A stretch of 64,000 bases of DNA from Phaeosaccion multiseriatum. Taxonomy: Eukaryota; Protista; Ochrophyta, other classes. Positions 36,408-48,500 of this stretch are shown piece by piece; positions within the stretch are counted from its first letter, which is position 1, and each line of letters starts with the position of its first letter. A model generated the notes under the pieces. That model worked only from the letters and a program-made list of their open reading frames with translations, was not told the origin of the DNA and made no database searches. The stretch is from contig OZ218961.1 in the NCBI GenBank assembly GCA_965112735.1, forward strand, positions 744,001 through 808,000. The letters run 5' to 3'. Made by a program: the position numbers and the translations under genes.

Positions 36408-39400
36408 TTAAGGGCAGTTGTCGTAGAACAAGAAGCCACAGAATCTGCAAAGGGTGCCAGCGGTGTCGGTGTAGCAACCCCTCCCTCCACGAGCACATGA
36501 AGAGTCTTGGAAGCACTGTTATTAGAGAGAGAGAGAGAGAACGAAGGATACGGGACCGAGGGAGGGAGAAAGGGAGAGGGAAAGAGGGGTAGAGACAGCG
36601 AGGGAGGGAGGGAGGGACAGAGGGAGGGAGATTAGAAGCATACGGGGGGTGCACTGAGGACCGCAAACGAACGCGTCCAGGGCGTATTATCAAAAGCACA
36701 GCACACGACTTTGAGTTTCAGGTTCATACATGGTTACGGTCCACGAACTGAACCAAAGTGAAAACTGCACCCATACATAAGGCAAGGCCCCACCACAACG
36801 CCAACATACACGCTACACCACATGTCTCAAATGGTCACCTGCTCTGTTTGACCAATGGGGAGGGTGCCTGTACAGATGCAGGCATCGCTGGAGCCCCCGG
36901 GGGTCTCAGGAGCCCCGGGGGTCTCAGGAGGAGGGGTCGGTGCGGGTTCGGAAACGACCGGGGTACGCGGCGGTCCTGAGCTGCCTCCTCCGGAAGGGCA
37001 GTCATTGAAGTCTCCGTGACCGCAGAAGCGGCAGGGAAGGCCTCCGTAGGTGAAGCAGCCGAGGCCTCCTCTAGCGGCGCACTCAGGGTCCTCGAAGCAC
37101 TGAGGGAAGGCAGCAGATGGCAAGGGGAGGGGAGGGGAGGGGGGGAAGAACGTCGGCGTGAGTCTCACTTACACCTGAGGCTGAGCGTTGCTGGGTTGGT
37201 TTTTTTTTTCTTTCAATTTCCGACACGCACACACACACACACACACGCACACGCACACGCACACGCGCATTCACAGAAAACATCTCTCCCCGTCTTCTCC
37301 GAGTACGTATACGCACGCCCCCTTTACTAACTTACAGACATTAGACCCTCAGCAAGAAATAGATCGATTTTACGATTGCAACATCCAGTATCGATGCGCA
37401 ATTCTCGCCCCTGAGTTGACATGGAATCATGCTTCTTCTGTTGGGTACATGATAACTTACTTGCACTTTCACTCCTCCGGGTAGGTATTGTTCGCACACG
37501 CAGGCGTCCTCATACACACCCCCACCCCCTCCCGACGGAGGTGTGGGGGTCGCAGGGGTAGGAGAGGCCACTGGCACTGGAGTGTGAATGACGGGAGACG
37601 GTGGACTCCCTCCTCCGCTCCCTCCTCCTCCTCCTCCTCCTCCTTCTTCTTCTTCTCCGGCTGGGCAGGTAGCTTGTCCATCCTGACCACAGAAGCGGCA
37701 CGCCGTGTTGTTCTCGTCTCGGTAGCAGCCAAGGCCGCTGGTGCCGCCGCCGAAGCAAGTGGAGTCGGCGAAGCACTTTTGTGTATTTTGTCGTTTGTGT
37801 GTTGTGTGATTTTTGTTTTGTTTTGGTTTGGGGTGTGCAGGGAGGAAGATGGGAAGATGGGAGGAGAGGAGAGAGGAGAGGGAGGGAGGGAGGGAGACAG
37901 AGAGAGACAGAGGACGTCAGCAAGTCGAAAGTATAAAGACTCCAAGCGACGAGCACGGTGAATGCGACACCAGCAGGAAGAAGTACAGGAAGCATGCTCT
38001 GCCTGTCTTGGGGTCTGCTCTGCCCATATACCTCTACTCTACTTCTGCCGTGAAGACTCACCTGAACCGGCTGACCGTTGGCAAGAAAGCCCGCACACAG
38101 GCAGCTCCCTCCTCTGGACACTTCGTCTGCCGTGGGCGGCGAGGGCACCGGCGCAGCCCCCACAGGTCTGGGGGTAGGTGTGGGGGTCGGAACCACCGCT
38201 GGCGGGGGCCGGGCCGGCGTTTCTGGGGTGGGTGGGGTGGGGGTGGGGCCACCGTTGTGCGTTCCTCCTGAGTACAGGGACTGGTCCGTGCCCCTGCCGA
38301 CGTTGCATTCGGCGATACCCGCAGCGGGCATTTGGTCACCGGTGTAAATGACGTCATCACGCAGGCAAAAGTTGTCCAGCACGTCGGGGAAGCCCATACA
38401 GCTGTTGGCAGCGTTGACGAGGGAGGTGGAGTCGAACTCGTCGAAGAAGAGCAAAAGACGCACGTTGATGTGGTCCGCGTCGCACGGCATTTGCCTGGTG
38501 ATGACGGTCCTCAGGGGGATGCCAGGCCTGTGGTACATGATTCGGGTGTGCTCACCATCCAGGACGTCGAAACGCATGCTGACGTAATCTAGGTAGGGGT
38601 GAGTCACGACGGGCCCTTGGAGGCTGAGGCTGACCTGCCAGCGGCAGTCTGGGAGCTTGGTAGCACGGATGTAGTCCATCCACTCTGCGGTTGATTGGGT
38701 TGGGTAGTATTGGTGTTGGCGTTTGGGGTATTTGGTGTTCATGTTTGGGTATTGGGTTGGGTGGTATTGGTGTGTTGGTGTTTGGGGTATTTGGTGTTCA
38801 TGTTTGGGTATTGGGTTGGGTGGTATTGGTGTTGGTGTTTGGGGTATTTGGTGTTCATGTTTGGGTATTGGTTGTTGGCGGTTGGTGAAGGCGTTGGGAG
38901 GAAAGGAGACGACAGAGGGAGGAGGGAAGGAGGGGGGGTATGGCATTGGTTTGGATGTAGCAGCAGATTGGTTCGCATTGGTTAAAGTGTCGCAGCAGAT
39001 AATTCGTTCGGTAGGGTTAGGTTGACTGATGGAGGGAGGAGAGTGGGGTGTAGGAAAGAAAGGCTTGATGTGTTGATGGGGGTGCGAGAGAGACAGCAAG
39101 TCATGGAGCGATGGGAGAGCACAGGAGGTGGGGGTCAGGCACACCAACATGAGGTTGGAGTCTCACCACGTGTCCATTTCCCCTAACAGAAGACTCCTCC
39201 TCCTCCTCCTCCTCCTCCTCCTTCTCCTTCTCCTCCTCCTCCTCCTCCTCCTCCTCCTCCTCCTCCTCCCCCTCTTCTTCTTTCACCACCTTCTCCACCA
39301 ACCCCGCAAGGATGATACGTCACTGAAAAGAACACATCGCAGGGCCACTCACGCACAGCGCTCACATCCACTTCCACCAGACACTCACTCACTCACTCCC

Positions 39401-40554
39401 TCACTCCCTCACTCACTTACTCACTCACCCACTCCCATTTGACACTCACTCACTCGCTCACTCACTAATACGCTCACCCACACACTCATTTGACACTCCT
39501 CACTCACTCACTCTCACTCACTCCACTCACGCACTCACTCACTCACCGGCAGGAGGCGTCCCTCTGGCGAGGGCCAGGGGCCCACCACGTTCGCAGAGGT
39601 TGTTGTCCTGAACCCCGGGATACATGAACCAATCGGGCATCATGCGAGCGGTGGCGCCATTGGCCACTGCAGTGTGTTCGGCCTCGCCTTGAGTGAAGCC
39701 GTAGTGCTGCATGGTCACCGGCTGAAGGAGTGGAAGGAGGAGGAGGAAGAGGAGGAGGAAGAGGACAGGAGCAACAGCAGAAGGAGCAGCAGCAGGAGGA
39801 GGAGAAGGAGGAGGACAGGAGCCGCAGCAGCAGCAGGCGGAGCAGCAGGAGGAGGAGGATGGAGGCAAGGGGGCGGGCGGGGTGAGGGTTCTGGACCGAA
39901 GAGGTCTGTGTTTGTTCGCCCCCTTTCTCCCCAGTCCCCTCCTCCCCATTCCCCCTGCTTGTACTCACAGAGGTGTAGCCAGTGGGGCACCCCGCGCCTG
40001 AGAAGATCGCTCGCCACCGTAGCATGTTATTGCCTCCCGGGATGGAGTCCGGGACCTCATTTGGGTTGGTTCTTCCATCGAAGATGAGTGGTACGCTGGG
40101 GATGTTGGGGTCCCTCATGCCGTAGTCGGGGAGCCACACATCCATCGGTCGCCAAGAGTTGGTGGAAGGTTCCCACCGCTGGAAGGTGATGGAGTCAATG
40201 TAGGGGTTCCTCTGCCACAAGTCGGTCTGTGTCAGCTGCATCTTGGCGTACCAGCGTGGAACTGGGGGAAAACCCAAAGAGGGGACAGATCGACAGATGG
40301 GTGGGGGCGTGTGTGGTTGTGGGTGGGTGGGTTTTGGTGTGCCATCAGAGCTTGTGTAGAGCCAAGAGAAAGGGGACGAAAGGGTGCGTGCGCAGTCTGG
40401 CAAACGAAACGGCCTGTCCTTGTGTGATGAAACAGCAAAAGCTGAAAGAGGGGACGAGGAGAGGGGGTGGGAACAAAATATGAGCAGGGCGAACGGAGTC
40501 CCGCAACTTACATCCCGGCGCTGGTCCTTCGTAGTAGTCCTGAGCAGCAGCAGC

Positions 40555-40589
<35 letters not shown>

Positions 40590-41026
40590 AGATAGGAGAG
40601 GGGAAGGGGGAGGAGGAGAAGGGGAAGTTGAGAGACGAGGAACAAACACTATGAGAGGATGATGAGCATGATGATTTCCTTCCCCATTCCCCCCTTCCTC
40701 CTTCCTTCTGGAGCTCTTCCATGCAGTCTCCACCGCTCTTCTCTCTCGGGTGCCACTGTAGCTGGGCGGGATGCCACGCCTTCCCTCTCTCCCGTTTCAT
40801 CATCCTCTAACTCCAACTTCCACAAAAACATGACACAGACCGCAGACTTTGTTGGTGTGGGTACCTTGGTAACGAGGGACCAATCGATGGCATCGTTGCG
40901 CCCCTCGCCTCCGAAGTAAAAGGCCCCGCCCGGTTGGCATTCGGCCTGCCCGGCAGCGAGCCGAGGTCCACAGAGCACCACACTCAAAGGCAAAAGAACC
41001 TTGAGGGATGAGAGAAAGCTGCCCAT
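36408..41026 (-). CDS. Predicted secreted protein: novel N-terminal globular region, Pro/Thr linkers and three 8-Cys repeats
   Basis: Signal-peptide-like start MGSFLSSLKVLLPLSVVLCGPRLAAG. Exons include 40539-40512, 40261-39969, 39721-39547, 38684-38062, 37775-37461, 37099-36839, 36515-36408. Repeat CxC..Q|CFxDxxC..GxGC...CRFCG...CP x3. The first exon boundaries are uncertain. Confidence 0.75.
38695..38872. repeat. ~57-bp GT-rich tandem repeat x3, intronic
   Basis: Unit ~TGGGTTGGGTGGTATTGGTGTTGGTGTTTGGGGTATTTGGTGTTCATGTTTGGGTAT. Confidence 0.85.
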
Positions 41027-42503
41027 GGTGGTGGACCTCCTTCCTTCCTTCGACATTAGCCCCGCCTTGCTATCTGCAGAAGAGAGGGAGAGGGAGGGAG
41101 AGGAGAAATTAATGACGGCGGACGGAAAAGCTCTTCGGCGAACTTGTCCCACGACATTCCTGCAATGCGTACCACGTAATTGGAAAGCACCCGTTCTTCC
41201 ACGCGACAAGGCCTGGCTTGCATTCACTCTTGCGGTGTGCTGTGACTGCTGCTCCAGTTTTCCTCCTCACTGGTGGGAGTCTAACTGCTGCTGTCAGCAG
41301 GTCAGGCGGGATGGACAAAGGAGGAGGCCTGGCAATTGGAGAGACGACGAACAGAAGACGGACGCAGTTCCAAAGGATCCAAAAGATTGGCAAAAACGGC
41401 ACAAAAATTAATAAACGTCGTCGGAAATCACATCCAGAAATGCGTCCCTTTTTCACGAACCGGTGCGTGTCCTGGTGTCACTCCACCCGCTCGCCCCCCC
41501 CTCAAAGCAAGGGGTGCTAATAACGTTCATTATTAGTCACAGTACCCCCCCCGCTTGCCAAGCTTAGGCCTATTTTTTATTTTTCAACACTGTCTCCTGG
41601 TCTAGGAGGGCCGCGTCCCCTTCCTTCGCCTAGCTGTACTAGGTAGCGGACCCTCCGGGGCCTCCGGGTCGGCCCCTGACATGCTTCTGAGGCGACCCTG
41701 CTTCCTGCTTCTGGGCTGGCCTGTCTCAGAAGCATGTCAGGGGCCGATCCGGGGCCCCAGCGAGCGGCCCTAGAGGGCGCAGCTAGGGCCAAGTGACCGT
41801 TGGCCGTGCCTGGCTGGGGTCATTGCACCCCCTTACGCACTCTCTGGCTGCCTCGCTCTCACGTACGATACTTTTTATTGTGTGCAAGGTTAGGAATAGG
41901 CTGAGGCTCAGGCCCAGGGAGTCCAGCGGTGTGAAGGTCGGGAGCATCCGAGCAGCGCATGGCTGCGTCACCGACGAGACACCGGTCAGCGTCGTTGCAA
42001 CAAAAAATAAAAATGGAAAAATCCTCTCCCTCCCTTCTCCTTCATTTCTCCCTCTCTCTTTCCTCTTCATCACTTCGCTTGAGATCGATTTTCGACTTTG
42101 AGTTTCGGGTTTGCCTGATTAGCCTGACATCGATATATATTATCGAATAATCGACATACAAAGTCGGCGGCAGGGTAGGACTCGATCGCGAGAGAGGAGG
42201 GGGATACAAAACCCCATACACCTGCTTGACACAAGTAAAGGCTCTCTTCCCAGAGAAATAATATCTGAGCGCGCTCCTCACTGGAGCAGTGTGGAGGTCT
42301 GCTCCACCTCGGGCCTATCAGCAGCAGCAGCAGCAGTCCCGCAACGTCGGAGGGGTGCCGGGGGAGCAACAGTTTAAACCCTGGAGAAGAGGGGGGGAGA
42401 GAAGGAGAAGAGGGAGTGTGCAGTTGGGATGCTGCTGCTGACGGCGACGTAGGGCGCGAAGAGATCCTTGCTGTTGGAGTGGCCCAGGAGGTGAAGAAGG
42501 GCC

Positions 42504-45500
42504 ATGTCAAACGACGGGGGCGCTGCGGAAGCAGCAGCAGCAGCCGCCGCGGCAGCAGCAGCAGCCGCGGCAGACACGATGCTGGAGCCGGCGGCCTTCG
42601 TGGGCATGGATTTCAGCTTGGACAATATCCCCATCGAGCAGCAGCAACAGCAGCAGCAGCATCAGCAGCAGCAGCAGCAGCAGCAACAACAACATCAGCA
42701 ACATCAGCAGCATCAGCAGCAACAGCAGCTGTTGGAGTTGGTTCACAGCGCGAGCCAAGGCGCGGCAGCTCCCGGAGGCAGCAGCGACCCTGCTGCCGGC
42801 GGGAATGCGGGCGATAGTGCTTCTATCTCTGCTGCTGCGAGTGCCGCTGCTAGCGCAGCCGCTAGTGCAGCCGCTAGTGCTGCCGCCAGTGCTGCCGCCA
42901 GTGCTGCCGCTAGAGCTGCCGCTACTGCTGACGCTGCTACTGCTGCTGCTCGCGCTATTCGGGGGGGTCGAGGGGGTCGTCTCCGGCGGGCGAGCATCGA
43001 CCTTCACAAGGAGTGCGCGAGGCTCTTGCAGGAAGTGGCCCTGGAAGGATCGGGTGGGGCCTCCATGCGACAAGTGTGTACCATCATGAGCTACGCCGTA
43101 CCCACACCCACACCCATCACCGTAGCAGGCCAGGAGGGAGGACAGGCGCCACCAGCACCAGCACCAGCACCAGCACCAGACGTCTCAGCCTCCTCCCCGC
43201 CGCCGGAGGATGAAGATGATGATACCCTCATGGTGTACTGGATGTGGACGATGTTGTTCGAGATGGCCGAGTTGGGCGCGGATGTCGAACTGGTGAACAT
43301 CTCCAACAGACCCTGTGAGGCGGCGCTTCCATCCTCCAAGGGGAAGAAGGCCACAAAGGAGGTGGCGGTAGCAGCGGCACGGCCGTCGACAGAACCTACG
43401 CAGTACTACCAACACGCGCAGCCAATGGGGGAGCAGGAGGCCTCGGTTCTCTTTGATCTTGTGGCGCAGCACACAGACGCCTTTAGTGGACATGTGTCAG
43501 GGCAAGCCTTCGCGAGCATGAATTGGGACAGTGTGGGCTTCCTGGCCAACTTTTCTGTGCGGCTTCGCGTGTTGGGTGTACGGCAAGTCACAGCGCTGGA
43601 TCTGGAGGAGGACGGCGAGGGAGGCGGCTGCGATTTGTACATTCTGGAGGAGGTGAGGGGAGAGAGATTGGAGGCATATGGAGAGGGAGAGGGAGCTGCT
43701 CGTGGAGCTGCAAAAGGTGCTTCGCTGTGACGTCCTCAGGGCGTAGGGCCCAAGCCTATGAAGTGAAGCGATTGATCGCCTTTGAGTAGGAGAGCTGGCG
43801 CTCTTCTTGGTGCTCTTCAACGGCTTGATAAGAGTAGCGTGTGTGTGTGTGTGTGTGTTTTGAAAGGCTGAGGTGGTACCCCCAGGCTCCAGGGGGGCGC
43901 CGCTGCTGAACAACTGTTGTACTGTATCTCACCAAAGCCCTGTGATGCTGTACCACCAACTGACCAACTGCCTCTACTGGACCTTTGCTCAGGTGGGGCG
44001 GGCACGCAACATGGGCCTCGTGAATAAGGACCTCAAGGAGGCGGCAAGAAGGAGGCACGGGCATAAGAACGCCAAGATGGGCTCAATGGAGGAGACGGCG
44101 TGCTACCACGTCGTCAATCGGTACGCGTTCATTGTGCTGTTGTTGGGCTGTTGTTGGGTGTTATTGTATATATGTATTATGTATGAACATATGTGTGCAT
44201 GTGTCCTGTTGTTCATGTGGGTCTGAAAGTGGGTGCGGTGTGTGAGGTCTTGTTGCTCTTTTTATGGACTGCCCGTGCGCGCGCGCATGTGTGTGTGCGT
44301 GCGAGCGTGCTGACCTTCGTCTCTCCTTCCGTAGGCTCGAGGGCCGAGGGCTCACTATGAAGAAAGGCCTCATCAAAAGAGGCCCAAAGAACCAGGTGAT
44401 GTACAGTATATATACGTACTGCTTACGTATATATTATCACACGATATCACACTACACCACACACCACGCCACACCATACCACTCACTCACTCACTCACTC
44501 ACTCACTCACTCACTCTCTCCCCCCCCTCATTGCCTCACTCTCTCTCCCCCCCTCCCTCCCTCCCTCCATCCCTCATCCCCCCTCTCCCCTATCCCCTCC
44601 CTCCCTCCTGCCCTCACTCACTCACTCACTCCCTCCCTCCCTCCTCCCTCCCTCCCTCCCTCCCTCCCTGCCCTCACTCACTCCCTCCCTCCCTCCCCGC
44701 CCCTGACCCAAAAGGTGACGCGTGTGCGAGTGGTCCTCCTCCCGAGGTTCGCTTCCACGTTCCACCCGCACGGCAACACATCAGAAGAGGTCGTCTTCGA
44801 CAGGTAAGCGTGCAAGTAGTCGCCATCTGTGGGTGTGCGCGTGCGTGGGTGTGTGAGGGTGTGTGTGGGTGAGGGCGTGTGTGTGTGAGAGTGTGCGTAC
44901 ATGCATACATGCGGGCGTATCCAGGCGTGCGATAGAGAGGAACACAAACTCTAATGACGTGATGCCCCCCCCCCGCCCTCTGCTTTTAAACCCTGTGAAA
45001 ACAGGCCGCAATTCGCGAAACTGTTGAGAATTTTCCGCGAAAAGGGCGTGAGGAACATGACTCTTAAGGACGTCGCCAAGTGAGTACAAGGTTAAGCTAG
45101 TGCGTTTCGTTGTTGCTGTGCAGATTGCCGTTATAGTTCACAGTTTCAGATTGCAGATTGCCGTTTGTTTAGACCGTCCTATGCTATCCAATACGATAGC
45201 GGCGCAGAAGCGGTTTGGTTTGGGTGTCCGTCATTTTGATGTTGGGTATCCGTCCTTTTCCTCGGCCCTCATGGAAGTTGAAAAGCGTTTGTTTATTTGT
45301 GCATTTGACCTTGTCAAATTATCGAAACTCACAAATGGGATCAAATATCGATGTCGAAACTCACAAACGGGATCACATATCGATATCGAAACTCACAAAT
45401 GGGATCAAATATCGTTATCGAAGCTTCTGATCGAAGGGTCGTGATCCTCCTCGAATGTCGGCATGCACTCTGCTGGTCATCAGTTTCGTTTATTAGACCC

Positions 45501-48500
45501 CCAATCGATGGGATGTATAGGGAGAATGATATCGCGTCTCGATATATTGGCCGACGGTCAATGAACTGAAACTTCCCTTTATCAAAACTGTAACTGTAAC
45601 TGTTGCAGAGAGCTGGACTTGACCAAGCATGCGAGGACGCGTCTGTTCAAGTTCGTGGAAGAGACAGAGGGCGTAGAAGGGCCTAACCCGCTACACTTCT
45701 TCAAGTACACCAATCACCTCAACATCAAGGCTCTTGAGGTACGAGGAGAGGGGGGGAGGGAAGGGAAGGAGAGGAGAGGGAAGGAGAGGAGAGGGAAGGG
45801 TATGAGAGGGGCTGGGCGGGAAGGAGAGGAGAGGGGAGGGAAGGATAGGAAAGGGGAGGGGAGGGGAGGACAGGAGAGGGGAGGGAAGGAGAGGAGAGGA
45901 GAGGGGAGGGAAGGAGAGGAGAGGAGAGGGGAGGGAAGGAGATGGGAGGGGGGGGGGGGAGGAGAGGAGAGAGGAGAGGAGGGGAGGGACGGGGAGGGGA
46001 GGGGACGAAAGAGGAGGGATGGAAAGGGAGGAGAGATGATGTCTCAACTCTCTCTCTCTCTCTCTCGTTGTACGTTTTGACCCCCCCCCCCCCCTTCTCA
46101 TGCTGCGCGGTGCTGTGATCTTGTCGATGCCTCAGATTGACGACAGCCGTGGTTGGGGTGGGCAGACCGCTGTCTGTGCCCAGCAAGTGACCAAGTACGT
46201 CCCCCTCGTGTTGGAAATGGGACTGCATCGCCAGGTAAGAGGTGTCAGGATAGTGTAGGCGAGGGAGGGAGGGGGGGGGAGAGAGAGAGGGAGGGACGGA
46301 GGGACGGAGGGACGGAGGGAGAAGGGAGAACGAAAAAAAATGGAAGTGTCCTCCTTTTCTCTCTCACGACATCCTTCACACCTCCCCCCCCCTCCCTCCC
46401 TATGTTGAACTTCCAATTCCCCCCTCCCTATGTGGAACTTCCAATTCCCCCCTCCCGCCCCCCTGCAGGTGCTTGCTGCCATTCAGAAGTACGGCGACAC
46501 GGGTGTATCTAAACCCGCCCTGCTGGACGACATCGGGGTAAGAGTAGAGGCATACGGGTGGGCAGATGGGCGGGTAGTGCCCGGTATCAGTATCAGGTGT
46601 CAGGCCTAACGTGGTGACCTACCCTTGGCCTGCTGTATCACCAATTGCTGTATCACGAATTGCTGTTTCGCAGGTCGACACGAAGATGTGTGACGCGCTG
46701 TTTGAGGGGTTGGATGGGAGAGTGCAAGGCTTCAGGAGCGAGTTCACGCTGAGGGGAAAGACCAAGACTGGATGGGTAAGTACGAGGGAGGGAGGGAGGG
46801 AGGGAGGGAAGGAGGGAGGGAGGGAGGGAGGGAGCCACCCATCCACCCACACACCCATACACAAACTCACCGGCCACCATCTTCCTCCTCCTCCTTCTCC
46901 TCCTCCTCCCCATCCCCCTCCCCCTCCTCCTCGTCCTCCTCTCCCTCCATCATTTCCCGCGGTGTCGCCTTCCTTTCCAGATTACATACACCCCGCCCGG
47001 CGCAAAGCTGAAGAAGAGGGGTCCAGGTGCAGGGAAGAAGAGACGAAGACTTGAGGAGGCCAACAAACACGGGCAAAGGGAGGGAGAGGGCGAGGAGGAG
47101 GAGAAAGAGGGAGGGGCGGAAGACGCCGCAGTCACAGCGGCAGCTCAGGCTGCTGCGGAGGCTGCTGCTGCCTCGATGAGCCTTGCTGCTCCTGCTAGTG
47201 GTGGCAGCGGTGCAAATGGCAACTTACAAGAGCAGGGAGGGGGGCCCGCGAGGAGTGCGCAGAAGAGGAGGAGGAGCGAGTCGGGAACAGCAACAGGAGG
47301 GGACGCGACGGGAGAGGAAGATGCGAGCGACGATGGTGGGGTGGCGGTGGCGGCGTCTTATCCCCGCGGGCATAAGAGGAAGAAGCCAAAGACGTTTTCG
47401 AAGGACCATGCAGCCAGAATGGAGCGAGTTCTTGCCTACCTCGACAAGCATAGGGTCAGTCAGAGAGGAAGAAAGGAAGGAAGGAAGGAAGGAAGGAAGG
47501 AAGGAAGTAGGAAGGGAGTAAGGAAGGAAGGGAGGAGGGAGGGAGGAAGGAAATGTCAGGGGGGATCGAATCATCCCATATCTATATCGATATCGATAAC
47601 GGTTTCGCTCCAGAGCTCCTATCACGAAAGGAATGAAGGCACGAAGGAATGCTCCACACACCTAGACTGACCGTCGCTCCCCTCCCATCCACTGCCGTGC
47701 ACTGCCATCCACTGCCATCCACCAACCCTTCCTCTCAGATCATGACCCAGAAGGACATGTTCATGGCTCTGCGGAAGCACGAGCTCCAGGTAAGAGTTTC
47801 AGTTTCCCGTCTACAAAGGCTGTCCAAGTTCAGTTTCAGTTTTGTTCTCATCATCAATGTTGCTTGTGCTGTGGGCTCTGTAGCAATCATAATCAAATGC
47901 TTCTGTGCTGTATCACCAACTGCTGTGCTGTGGTGCTGTGTGCTGTATCACCAACTGCCGTGCCTGTTGTTAAGGTGGAGCAGCGGACGACGATGCTTGA
48001 CCCCAAGACCGTTGCGCGCATCATAGAGAAGCTGCAGATCGACGGACGGCTCAGAGTGGTGCGTTGCTTGTATGGCAAGGGGGGGGAGGGAGGGAGGGGG
48101 GGAGGGAGGGAGGGGGAGAGGGAGGGAGGGAGGGAGGGAGGGAGGGAGGGAGGGAGGGAGGGAGGGAGGGAGGGAGGGAGGGAGGGAGGGAGGGAGGGAG
48201 GGAGGGAGGGAGAGAGGGGGTCGTTGGGAAAGTCTCACTCAAGTACTAGCAATCTCTCTTCCCTGTGGGTGTGTGTAGGGTGTGTAGTATCATTAATGGG
48301 TGTCAAACCTCCCCCTTTTTTTCATGTTATATTTTTTTCTATTCCATGTATGTTAAAAGTATGCAGTCAGTTAACGATGATGGAACAAAAGGCATCTTCC
48401 CTAGGTAGTTGACCCTCCTCCTCTCTTTGTGACATTAACGTGTTAATCGTGTGCAGATTACGACCATGGCCCCTCAGCGGCCCACCAACGCCACCATCAA

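Noticed and set aside
39165-39182. Mini-exon in the secreted-protein gene
   Set aside because: Including it breaks the frame. Direct splicing 39547 to 38684 gives a continuous PPAEWMDY.
41500-41900. Possible Helitron or pogo-like terminus (hairpin CTAATAA..TTATTAG, CAGTACCCC, many CTAG)
   Set aside because: No matching second terminus, TA target site or correctly placed CTRR end was found.
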